Shown: positions 11,116 to 22,970 of the stretch, in pieces
How positions within the stretch are numbered: position 1 is the stretch's first letter
Layout of the letters: the number at the start of each line of letters is the position of its first letter
DNA from: Asterionella formosa
Taxonomy: Eukaryota
Assembly (NCBI GenBank): GCA_002256025.1
Contig: NKIB01013229.1
Coordinates: 1-61,868 of the forward strand
Direction: 5' to 3'
Length of the DNA: 61,868 bases
The notes under the pieces: model-generated
The model's input: only the letters and a program-made list of their open reading frames with translations
What the model was told of the DNA's origin: nothing
Database searches by the model: none
Position numbers and translations under genes: made by a program

Positions 11116-14100
11116 AATTGGCTGAGATAATAAAAGATGTTAGAGTAAAAGATAATGTTGCTGGTGATTCATGTAATTCGGTTGAATAGTTTGTCCTTCC
11201 GCTCATTCCGTTGACACTAGTCAAGTTCTCATACAACCGTTAGTCCAAATGCTCTGCGCGCTTGCTCTGCCTCTGGAAGTCGACTTTCTGTAAGGATGAC
11301 AAGGAATGAAAAGTAAGTACAAGAACAGCGATGATATAACAATTACACCGAATTCCGTGAACAAACGATGCGGCGGGGCATGCTGCGATGATTCGAAGCA
11401 GTTCATGCATATTCATTTCAAACATTGCTTTATCTTACGTCAACACTTAAATGGAGTCTCAGTGCTTTCAATTCAGAGAATATTTCTGGGAAGGTTATAA
11501 GTCTTTGCAGTTACTGCTGATTGATTTCTTGAGTACAAGACCTGATTTGTGACCACGTGCTGTTAAGGTAAGCTTCGTGGGATTTATTCAGTGACCAAAC
11601 ACGGTTCAAGGCCATCAAGAAAATAGCTTTCTATTGCACTCACACGACGAGGCCTCCCTTCCCAAGGCAAACGGTGAAATGATTTGTAGAGGTAGCGATC
11701 GCCGTTTCCTTTTTATTCGGCGTCGGGAGCTGACGTGCTTGACACCATAGAAGAGACGATTTGTGTTCACTCTTCCAGCTGAAAAAGTTTTATACGACAC
11801 TCAATTAAAATTCGTAATTCACTTTCAGATGCATGTACTGGTAGACTGCTGGTACCGGTACCTGGTACCTGGTACCAGGGTAGACAAGAAATGTCTGCAT
11901 GCACTGATGATGAAGGTGGACATACGTTATGATGGACAATGGCTGATGTGGAAGATTGAGCTGGTGGTGATTGCTTGATGGCACACGAATGAAGCATATT
12001 CAAATGGCTCGTACTTTTAAAGCTAAATTTGTCGCATTTCCGGAATGTATTCTATTTTTCGGCATAATGAATGAACATGAATATAATTCGGTTATGAATT
12101 CATACATAGGACTTTAAATGATGACTCAAAAAATCTCGCAATGCTTACGTCAGCACAATCGGACAATGCAGTACCGGTACATCTGCAAAAGCAACAAATG
12201 CCGGTGGTGGCGGGGATGATTCCTTGTTCGAGTAAGCAACGCTGGGTACCAGGTACCTGGAACTCCACCTGGTTGGTACAACCAGGACTACCGGTAGGTA
12301 GCGGTAGTTTGTGATTGAGTGCCAGTTATTTGCTGGTATACTACCAAGTACATGGTAGTACGTGGTGCCAACAAATGCAAGAATACCACCGCATCAGACC
12401 GAATGACCAGCTCATGTTTCCAGTCGCTCGGCTTGATGTCAGTGCGTATTCCTACATAGTATGATCGTAATAGCATCTCCACCGCACCGACCAGATGCCA
12501 AGCGCCAAGCAATACAAGTTGAAAGTATCAAAACACGTCACTTGCTCGAGAAACTTTTTATCAAAAGTCGAAGTTTTCGTATTTTTTCCCACTGCATTGA
12601 CCAAATCCCAAAATAGTCAAATCTCGCGCACATTTTTATAGCGAATAGAAATTGATCTAGAGTGTAGTTACATCATGTAAATATCATCCTTTATGAAAAC
12701 ATAATGTCCAGCATACCAGTAATTGAAATGTTGTTAGGTATACTTTACATTTCCACATGATGATGAAGAGGGTAGCAATTGCGACTCATCGGACAACAAC
12801 CTCCTCTACTGCTGTATGGGTGATATCATGCTACAGCAACAAGAACACAAGAGGGCAAAGCAGTTGAGATGCTGGGGAGGAGCATTGAATGTGGGAAAGT
12901 CAGTAAACATAGTTTTTTCAATAACAGCATCACCTTTCCAGAAATTCCTTATTGTTATGCAGCTAGTACTATGCCCATCTAGTGTTACCCATCAAAAACT
13001 ACTATGACTCTGCATATGCATGTGTATATTGGCATTCTAGTTTGGATAAACTCCCTTCCATTTTTCCAATTCGATTTTAAGCTACCAGTAGGGCGATAAA
13101 TTGATAATCGAAATACTAGCATTGACATGTTAACTGAATAATTGTACCTATTTTTCAGAATCAGCTACTAACATCAAAATGATCAGTGCTCTCAATCAAT
13201 TGTGTTCTTCATGTTTGAATCATTCGAACTAACTTGACTTGCCCATCAATTTTTATCGCTTTGTACCAAGTGCAAACATTGGTTTAACACTCATAATGAT
13301 GCTACTCACGTTGCTCGTGATCTCACTACTGTTAATGTTGCACCCACTGTGAACTGAGGACAGTAAGAGTCCTACAGCGAAAATGGCTTGCAAAACTGCC
13401 TCGCACAAGAATAAAAGCAACGATCTTGCTCCACAATTTACGTGCTTTGAATTTGTTGTTACTTGTGATGACTCTCATATCAGCCACTTGGTTGGTCAAT
13501 CATAATTTTTCCTCCTTTGTTCATGCTGATGCTTTCGTCTTCGAATGAAAAAAAAAGGCCAACACTTTGCTCTATTGTCAACTGCCCCAAACTTATTGCA
13601 GGATCACGTAATTTTTTTCTTTGATCATCAAAAAAAGTTATGGATCAAGAACCTCTTGCGCGTTTGATCATAAATATATACATGATTGATCACATACATA
13701 TTGTCATCATATCAAATAGAATTTTTTGTTGCATCAATAAGTGAACCGCCTCGTTTATACATTGATTATATGTATATATCAATTGCAATTAAAACTCTTC
13801 GAATGAAATGATGATAATTATGCTTTAACTAGTTATCTGTATTTTATTATTATATGATTGATACATTTGCGTTCTTTGTTCCTAACCTTCAATCCAATAC
13901 CTTTGTACTCCATTGAACGCATGCTTTGATCATAAATATTGCAACCAAAATAACCGAAACAAGATCAAGGATTGATTCATTTTGTAGTGTTCATTTTTCT
14001 ATGTCGCTGATTCTGGTAGGAGGAGAGGGAATGATAATATTTGTGAGCCAAATAGTTGAATATACATTCTTCAGCTTCCCCCAGATCATTCTTCCTCAAT

Positions 14101-15359
14101 TAGCAGGCACTACAAAGGCAGTAGTATATCTAGGTACTACTAGCTCGTAGTACAGAGAGAGTCATGTATAAGCTACTCAGGCTGCGCTGTAGAGGGCAAA
14201 CATTTTGTAGCTAGTAGCCGCTAATAGATTCCGCTTTGGGCTACCACTACTACTATGCTGGTTAATAAAAAATCGAGATCTCGCCTCACTCGTTTCCAGA
14301 GTATTCTAGCCACAATTCCAACTTCCCGCTGTACTGTATAAAGTCAAAAGTTGTAATACTAGAGGACCTTCTTTTTAATATACCACCAGCTGCCGCTACT
14401 AATGCACAATCCAGCTTCATTAGCTGTAGATAGTAGAGTAATAGCTACGAGAAAAGGTCATGGAGAAGGTAAGGATATCTACAAAATTTTGGAACTTTTC
14501 TATAATTAGCCCAAGACCATAAGGTATGATCGTTTCTCAACTCAGAAACTATCAAGACATCAAAATTTGAAAAAAAGTTTTAACATATTGGCAACATGAC
14601 AGCAAAAATTGGCAAAGCAAGAGAAACCGCAAGAAACTATACTGAAACAAAAGAAAAGCAGCCAGAAGCAGATTCAATCAAGCAACATATCCAATAGAGT
14701 TCGCATTGATTCTAAAAATCGACCAACAAAACAACAAGAGGCAGTGTCTATCTAGCATCCATAGAGCTACATGGTGATATAATGGAAATTGACCAACACA
14801 CTCATAAGATTGGCTAATCATACAAGAGTAGATGAAGTAAGCAATCAAGCATACTGGTAATCAACTAAAAAGAAGAGCAAGTTCGAACATTATAAATCGA
14901 CCGGGCAAACAGCAAGATTCACTATCCAGCATCAATGGAACTACATGATGCATGATAAGGAAAATTAATGAAGACATGAACATTGTTTCAGCACACAAGA
15001 GCAACAAGGCAAACAAATGGAGCAAACTGAAAGTTACAACACAACAAGAATTAGAATTTAATTCACTCCTTGAAGAACTGAGTGATGCAGGCAAGCATGG
15101 TGAAATATATATCACTTCAGCCAGACGCGCCTCACCCCACAGACGCAAATCAAGATACACACTTACGTCACAGCTCAAAGCAACAGCAAGGTAAAAGAAG
15201 GATCCCATAAATGGCATCTCGCGAATCATCAGTGTGGCCCAACCAGCACAACCAAAGACTTCCAAATTCCCCATCGGGATAATTTCCTCAAAGGGATGAT
15301 TTAAAGAAATTAAACACATTTAGCACCACTTTGATCCTTACTCTCATTCAAAAGAGTGC

Positions 15360-15433
15360 AACTCACTACATCTCTCCGCACACAATTGTCCTGATGAACT
15401 CACTACATCTCTCCGCACACAATTGTCCTGATG
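15360..15433. repeat. Perfect 37-bp tandem duplication
   Basis: AACTCACTACATCTCTCCGCACACAATTGTCCTGATG x2. Confidence 0.95.
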
Positions 15434-16257
15434 ATTGCAGAGCATTTTTAGTTCCCTTTTGATTTTTCCACTGGTTTCGATCCCTTTTGCATTCAAGTCA
15501 AGAAACAAGCAACTCATTGAGATTTCTGGAGATCTCGGTCAGTGGCACCATAAAGCAACAATCAACAGATCATGGCGACTGTTCTACATTTTCTGTAGCA
15601 AGTGACATTCAAGAAGGGACTGGGATCATTGGGAAGAAAAATTAGTAGGATTCTCTGTGATGGTTTTTATTTGCAGACTTCATCAATTTCGTTTACTCTC
15701 TCATTTCATTTTGAAAAGGCAATGATCTAAGCATAGCTACCGGAAGTGAAAATTAAGGTATTGAAGACCACTGTGTGCTCATTCTGATAGAGGATGCACA
15801 GTGGAAAGTATGGGTGACCAGAAGTAGAATATTTGAGTATTAAATAGCAATCCATTTAATTCGATTTTTTTCCATCATTGATCGAACATGATAATAGGTT
15901 TGATCAATGAGAGAAATTAGTTAGATCAGTAGTAATGAACGATAGATTGAAACCTATAAATTCTATTTGATATTAGTATTCCAAAGGTTAGACCGAATGA
16001 ATAACTGATTTGATCTCACGATTACTATCTTTAGATCGAACACCAAAACGTTAGTTGATAATAAGAGTGAGAGTGCTGTATTGATCATAAGCATAATGTA
16101 TGATCTATTGATTTGAAACTCATTGATATGTGTATGATGAGTGTATACTAAATGTGCTTCGTTATTCATGTTACAAATGCAATCGATTAGATATTACATA
16201 ATATGCATGTGATCTATGCTAAGCATAGTACATAAGATCAATGCTACTATAATATTA

Positions 16258-16356
16258 TTCAATCAATCAGTTTTTTTGTATGATCAATCAAAAATTCTGT
16301 ATGATCAATCAGTATTTTTGTATGATCAATTAGTTTTTTGTATGATCAATCAAAAA
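16258..16356. repeat. ~21-bp minisatellite, about 4-5 copies
   Basis: Recurrent TGTATGATCAATCA(G/A)TTTTTT units. Confidence 0.8.
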
Positions 16357-16496
16357 ATGGTATGTCATACTGAGAATTTTTGGGGCAGTATTTCTTACAG
16401 CAAAACTGTTAGGCCTAACGGTTTTTAATTTACAGATGGCTGTTACAACCTGTTAAATCCTTCAGTGGTATCAAGTTCCTTTGCTGCCCAAAGAAG

Positions 16497-16842
16497 TGTT
16501 AAAAAGCTTTGTATTCCTTCCCATGTGTGAGTATCTCCTTACGTGGAACTTACAGGTTGTAGTACTAATACTTATACTTATCTTTGCTAGTAGCCTTCTT
16601 GCTAGTTTTTGCTATTGACCTTTCTCTGTCAATTCTCCCTGTTTCTTAAATTAATAAGCTTAAACTAAAACCCAGTTTCGAAAATTCCAGCCATTCATTC
16701 ATCACCCTTTGAGAACCTGTCCTTTGTGTTCCCTTTTTGGTGATGCAAACCTTCACTTCAATCTTGTTAGCAAGTTTCTTAACATGGGAATGCTCAATTT
16801 GATACATTGGACTACAATCGAGTCCACAACTCTCGTGACTCA
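16497..16842 (-). repeat. Degenerate LTR of family A, slightly 5'-truncated
   Basis: The reverse complement aligns with 1022-1371. For example TTGTTAGCAAGTTTCTTAACATGGGAA and GCTATTGACCTTTCTCTGTCAATTCTC match. Confidence 0.85.
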
Positions 16843-17723
16843 GAGTTTCTAGTCCTATGCATACTGGTTCTAACTACCTGGTACCAGGTACATTGTTGAC
16901 AAGCAGTTACTCAGCCACTGTTCCTAGTGCCAGGGTACCTGTATACTGGTACGTACAGTATGTAATAACAAGGGGAAACACAACTGCGGAGCGAAGAAGA
17001 ACAATTTGGAAGTCGTGCGAGTTCGATGGAACAAATTGGAGGAGGAAAATGAATGGTTTGTGTGCCCTCGTACATGGTACCAGGTACCAGGTACCTGGTT
17101 CCTGACGAATCTGTTGGCTCCTACTACCGTATTCGTGCCTGTGACATCGAACAAGCGCGGTCCACGTTTGTTGACCCTCGTTGGACGAGACATGAAATAT
17201 GATACCTTACATACCTACCGTAAGATACCGGTACCGGTACTGTTACTAAACTGGTGTCATCCGTACATGCAGGGCAGCGGCTCCCTATTTCGTGTACCTG
17301 GTACCGGAATGTAGCTGACGACGAGGGAGAAGATAACTCAATTTGCTTCGCTCGCTCGTCAGCAACCACCCTACCGGTACCTGGTCTGAGTACCAGTGCC
17401 AGGTACCTAGTACCCCTAGTACCAGAAGTACAAGCACCAGATTACTCGTTGGTAAATCGTGTGTATCTTGAGTGGCATTCACCGTCATCAAGGCAGCAAT
17501 CAAAGGACTCAGAGGGCCTCTATGTATACCGTATTACAACTCTCTATTGCTTCCTCATACTCCGGAGTACATACGAAAAGATCATCAAAGAGAATCCGAA
17601 AGAAGAACCTGGTGCCATTCGAACTCTTTCATGCCCTGCAAGAGCCTCGGAACATCGTTTTGTTCTCATATCTGCCTCATAGTTGCACTTTTGACAATTT
17701 GTTGTGACGGGTTCACGCTAAAG

Positions 17724-20681
17724 ATGGGTAAGCATGGAAGTGTCGGTTTGAGGTTGTGATTAGTTCGTTTCTTGGCCGCGTCATTCCTTTCTAACGTTTC
17801 ACCTCCAAATAGGTTTACTCAAGGCTGGAAAGCCCAAAACCTGGGAAGATTCCAAGAAGAACTTGGGGTACATCCGAAAGGCCGGAGTCCGTCAGTTCAT
17901 CGCCACTTACAACAGGGTCAAGGATCTCAAGGGTGATGAACTACTTTGGGGCGACGAAATCGAGTACGGCGTCTTCATGCTCGATCACGAAAACAAGAAG
18001 ATTCGTCTGAGCATTCGGGCAAAGGAGGTGAGTAACGCGGTACGAGCAGGACCATGGCGAGCAACTCATGACAGCACTGTCCCTCAATTTGTCTCGTCGC
18101 GTTCTCTTCGTAGATCATGGATGAGCTCAATCGGAAGGAAAAGTTAAACGAACAAATGGTTGAAGGGTGCACCTGGGTGCCCGAGTACGGAGCATGGATG
18201 GTGGAAGCAACTCCCAATCGTCCATACACTGGGTACACTACTGACTTGTTGCGTGTCGAAAGAAATATGCGTCTACGACGCAAGCGCTTCCTGACCGTCC
18301 TCGGTGAAAACGAAATTGCTCCCACTGTGTCTGCATTTCCGATGTTGGGTGCCATGGGCGATGATGGAACGTATCCGCCGACCAAGGTCGGTGGTCCCGT
18401 TACACTGAGTGACTATATCGGCGACGACATTATCAATCCACACCCTCGTTTCGCAACCCTTTCTGCAAATATTCGTCAGCGTCGTGGTGAAAAAGTCAAC
18501 ATCCGCGTCCCTCTTTTTCGCGACGTCAACACACCAGAGTTTCAAGGGTTCGAGGTTCCCGTCGGTGTTGATGGCTGCTGTGGAAGTGACTCACAGCAGC
18601 TCTGGCGATATGGTAAAGGTGATGCCTCCCAAGAGAAGTATGGAACTGATTTTCTTGTTGTTGGCTGTTCCACGTCCTCCAAAGATGAAGAGTTCCAAGA
18701 TATGGGAGCAGGTGGTATGGTGACTTTACAGAAGTGGCTTGTCAATGTTGAATGTGAAGGATGTCGAGGCCTCTTCTATCGTAGTGCCCCTAATGTGATT
18801 GTCCCTGATGCTGATTGGCCTCGTAACGGCGACATCGTAGTTGGCAGCGAGGTCCCAGATGTTCCAGGTTGGGTTCGTCTCCAAAACGGGTACTATTTAC
18901 CTGCGGTGAGTGATGACGGAAAAGTGAAGTTTCTTCATTTGGTTTCGACTCGTACATCACCGTCGAATCCAGAAATGAAGCGTATTGGATCCAATACTCC
19001 TTTGTTTCGCTCGTCGGTTCAAGACCGAGAAAATCTCACTGAGCTTCTGGAAGGAAGAGTTGAGTTGGCAACCCTACCACGAGATTTCTCTACCTTTCCC
19101 GCTGCTAGCATAACAACCGAGGACAAGAGCTCTCTTGCAGCGTCAGAACGTTCAGAAAGTGTTCGTGCGGCGATTCACATGGATGCCATGGCATTTGGAA
19201 TGGGCTGTTGCTGCCTTCAGATCACTTTCCAAGGAAAGGATGTCGACGAAAGTCGGTTTATGTATGATCAACTCGCAGTCATGGCGCCAATTATGATGGC
19301 TTTGACTGCGTCAACACCCATTTTGAAGGGGCGGATTGCTGACACTGATGCTCGCTGGGGAATCATCTCCGAGAGTGTAGATGACAGGACTCCTTGCGAG
19401 CGAGGTCGCGTTGATCCCAAGGCCCCATATGCTGATCTTGTTGGAAAGGGACAGCGACGCATCTATAAAAGCCGATATGATTGCATTAGCACATATATCT
19501 ACCAAGGAGCGATTTATGAAAGCGCTGCGGCCAAGGCCGGCCTTGCAAATCGTGTACTTAATATGTACAATGATATTCCAGTGCCAATTGATGAAGAAAG
19601 CTATCGGCAGCTCCGAGACGCTGGAATAGATCCTGCGCTTTCTCAGCACATTGCCCATCTCTTCATCCGTGATCCGCTAGTCGTTTTTGATGGTGGTGTT
19701 GAGGAAGTCGACGATGAGACAGAAACTGATCACTTTGAGAGCATTCAAAGTACCAACTGGCAAACTGTTCGTTGGAAGCCCCCGCCGCCTAGAAATAGCC
19801 CAAACGATCCTCACATCGGCTGGAGAACTGAATTCCGTAGTATGGAGATGCAACTGACTGATTTCGAGAATGCCGCATTCACAGCATTTACTGTCTTGCT
19901 CACTCGCGTTATATTGACGTTTGACTTGAATCTTTATATTCCTATGAGTCGAGTTGACGCTAACATGCAGAGAGCCCATAGTCGAAACGCTTCTGCAAAA
20001 GGAAAATTTTTCTTTCGGCGGCATTTGGCCCCGTTAGAGGAAGGTGATGATGGATATGGGGTTAAGTATTCGTCGATGTTTTCGCGTGCTACAAATGGAA
20101 CTAATGGCGATTCGACCTCTCCGTACAGCCGTGAGCTGGACATTGACGAGAATGGGGTGAGTCGTCAGCGAAAGAGTGCCCCATTTGCCCCAGGTAGTGA
20201 CGAGGAGAACTCCTTTGAAGAAATGACAATGGCTGAAATAATGACTGGAAAAGGAGATTTTTACCCAGGTTTGATTCCTCTGGTTCGCGCTTACCTAGAT
20301 CATATCAATTGTGACACTCTTACTCGTCCCCGCTTGTTGCAATATTTGGACTTCATCGAGAAACGAGCGACCGGAGAACTTGTTACTCCTGCGACTTGGA
20401 TGAGGATCTTCGTACGCAGTCATCCTGCGTACAAGGGCGACTCTGTCGTGTCCGACGAGATTGCATACGATCTCATGAAGCTGTGCTCAGACATTGGGCT
20501 CGGTAAGGTGCACATCCCTGAGCTTTTGGGCGATCTTGTCTTCGAAGAGATTTCACCCGAAGGCGCGTACGCAGTTAAATTAGACTCGCAACGAGTGCAA
20601 AACGATCGGATTTTGCATCTACTTCAGCGATACGCGAATCGGAAATCCTTCTCGTCGAGTGGCATTAGTGCGTCTTTATAA
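17724..20681 (+). CDS. GSH1: Glutamate-cysteine ligase catalytic subunit (gamma-GCS, GCLC/GSH1 type); exons 17724-17727, 17813-18027, 18114-20681
   Basis: Spliced N-terminus MGLLKAGKPKTWEDSK. Motifs LLWGDEIEY, PEYGAWMVEATP, HPRF, MDAMAFGMGCCCLQ, KSRYD, HFESIQSTNWQT, GWRTEFRSME. Both introns are GT-AG. Confidence 0.96.
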
Positions 20682-20863
20682 TAATAAATGCCACAGGTTT
20701 TGTTATATTCACGCTAGAGTTATCACACAAAGATAGGTAGCCCACTACTCTACAGTCACTATTATGCATACTTGATGCTCAACATGGCTGGCGCATACTG
20801 AGTAGTTTGAAGGCATATGTGGTTTTATCACGGAAACTCAAAAAAGGGTAAGAATGACATGAT

Positions 20864-22134
20864 TTAGATTTCCCCAGACTTTCGCTGGCTTGTCATGGGC
20901 AGAATAGGAGTCTTTGCTTTATTTTCAGGAGCAGAATAAATGACTGTAGCGATCACCACTAACGATGTACCGATAATGAACAGAAAGTTCGCATGGAAAT
21001 CAAAAAATATAGCAGAAATAAGGCAGGAAATAATGATACTGAACGAGGTAGCAAAAACTTTTAACACGTTGTCGGCGTATTTGACGACCACCGCAACAAT
21101 CAGTCCTCCCGCAGCTTGCACAGTCACCACAGTCCAGACCGTTGACGAGAACCCCCCGAGAAAGCCGTGCTCAGCCACAGCAGCGCTGTCCTTGGCATAA
21201 ATAGTGAGATAGGCAATAATAATGGATGGGAGGCCCATTTGCACGTTACGAACCCACAAGGTTGTGTGGCTACCCTTTAAAATCTTTTCAAAGTAGACCC
21301 CAGAAAAGCCAGACGTGCAGGCAGCACACAAAACAGCGACCAGTCCAACAAAGCGGTGTTGCTTGTTTTCCGCAGTTGTATGCTGATCACCACTTCCAGA
21401 AAGTTGCACAACTGCCACTCCAACTGTTAAGATAACAAGGGAAATCCATTTGGCACTGGAGAATTTTCGCTGTTGAAATGCGGACAGAGTCAGGACAATG
21501 CAAGTATTAGTGGTCGCTGTGTCCCATTCCATTGAGATATATTGGCACTCACCTGCAGCAAAATTGCACTAAAGAGAGCAGTAGTTAGAATCTTGAGCTG
21601 ATAGCAGACTTGATAAGTAGCAGCATCCAGATTTGTCAGAGCGAGATATAAAAGATTGTTTTGAACTGTGTACAGCAGCGAAGGGACGCAGAGTTTGAGC
21701 ACTTCCATGGGTGAATGTAGAACGTGCACTTGAAGTTCACCGAGCAAGTTTCCTCCAGTTTGACACGCAATGACAACGCAGCAAATGACAAATTTCATCA
21801 GCTCCATCGTTAAAACAGCGACGGAAGCCAAGTAGAGGGGCTGTCCCGGATCTCGGTGGGTCCGGGAGATTCTCATAAGCAAGACAAGGCCCACCATTTG
21901 AGCAACCAGCAAAAAGAGGGCAGAGTACTTGATGATCTTGTCCGAGGAGTTCGACTTCTTCTTGACGACCTTCCGAACTTTTTTGATCACAACTTTTCCA
22001 GCCTTCGGCTTGCTCGAACGCTTTAGGGCCGATCCATCGCTCATGGCTGGAATCAGCTGCTCAGTTGGATCTTCACCTTCCTTGCTGCGGAAGCCACCAA
22101 TTGTTTCATCGCCATTCCTAGACGATTCCATCAT
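20864..22134 (-). CDS. Nucleotide-sugar transporter, SLC35A (UDP-Gal/UDP-GlcNAc/CMP-Sia) family; exons 22134-21553 and 21469-20864
   Basis: VPSLLYTVQNNLLYLALTNLDAATYQVCYQLKILTTALFS, SGFSGVYFEKILKG, GGLIVAVVVKYADNVLK. GTGAG...CAG intron. Confidence 0.93.
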
Positions 22135-22747
22135 CTTTCGTTCCGTTCCACCAATCAATAAGGCGAGTTATGAGTTTGATTCTGGTTTTCAGGACGAGCA
22201 ATGAAGACAGGACGCTCTATTTTTGGAACAATCGGGTCGTTAAGGAGTGAATATTGTTGAATTTGATTACCGGGACATTCATAAATTGTTACTCGACGAG
22301 CAAATTGGAAACAGTACCTGGTACCTGGTACCTGGTACCTATTATCATGTGATGTATGGTATTTCCTACGCGGGGCAAAGATTAGACTACCGATAGTCAA
22401 TAAAAATATGTACTTAGCTAATATGCCGGTTATCTTATCATGTGCGTAATAGAGGCAGCAGCGGTTACAATCAATATTCCGGTATGTCTATTTCACACAT
22501 TTATTTATATTCCGGTCGGTTGTTTAATAATCCTGCTAATAATATTGTACCAGGTACCTAGGTACCAGGGGTACCAGGTACCATGTCTTATGCATACGAT
22601 GGCAGGTGCAGGTAGGTACAGTCACAAGTTTAAGGTTCCTGCATTTGAACCCCTATGTAGGCAAAAATGAAAATATTCCTTAGGGTTGCCGAAATTCCCT
22701 AAAACTACGAATTTCTCTGGAATAGATAAATACATGTATCAATATCA

Positions 22748-22970
22748 GGGGGAATAGCTCAGTTGGTTCGCTCACCTACCGATGTGGTGGATTCGATTCC
22801 CGCATTCTCCACCTGCTTTGTTCATGTAGTCCCTTGGGTTCCGGGTGATGAGGCAGACAACAAGCAGGTCTAAGACCCTCTGGGGGACAAAGTACGACTT
22901 CACAACCTCCACAATTGTCGACTTCCTTAACAATAGCATACTATTAAGTTTACATAGTAATAATTTAATT
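22748..22970 (+). mobile_element. tRNA(Ala)-derived SINE with 17-bp target-site duplication
   Basis: Head GGGGGAATAGCTCAGTTGG (A box)...GGATTCGATTCCCGCATTCTCCA (B box and acceptor stem), an unrelated body and an AT-rich tail. It is flanked by TACATGTATCAATATCA at 22731-22747 and 22971-22987. Confidence 0.85.

Larger units (their letters stand above)
13581..16389. mobile_element. Probable degenerate non-autonomous DNA transposon
   Basis: 11-bp inverted termini ACTGCCCCAAA / TTTGGGGCAGT, TGATCA-rich subterminal regions at both ends and no intact ORF. No TSD was identified. Confidence 0.4.

Noticed and set aside
16857..17682. Small ORFs containing YQVPGT/YLVPGT peptides, here and elsewhere
   Set aside because: These are translations of the GGTACC[A/T] arrays, not a protein family.
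22748..22813. Functional tRNA gene
   Set aside because: The anticodon arm is truncated and the sequence lies inside a TSD-bounded insert, so it was called a SINE head.
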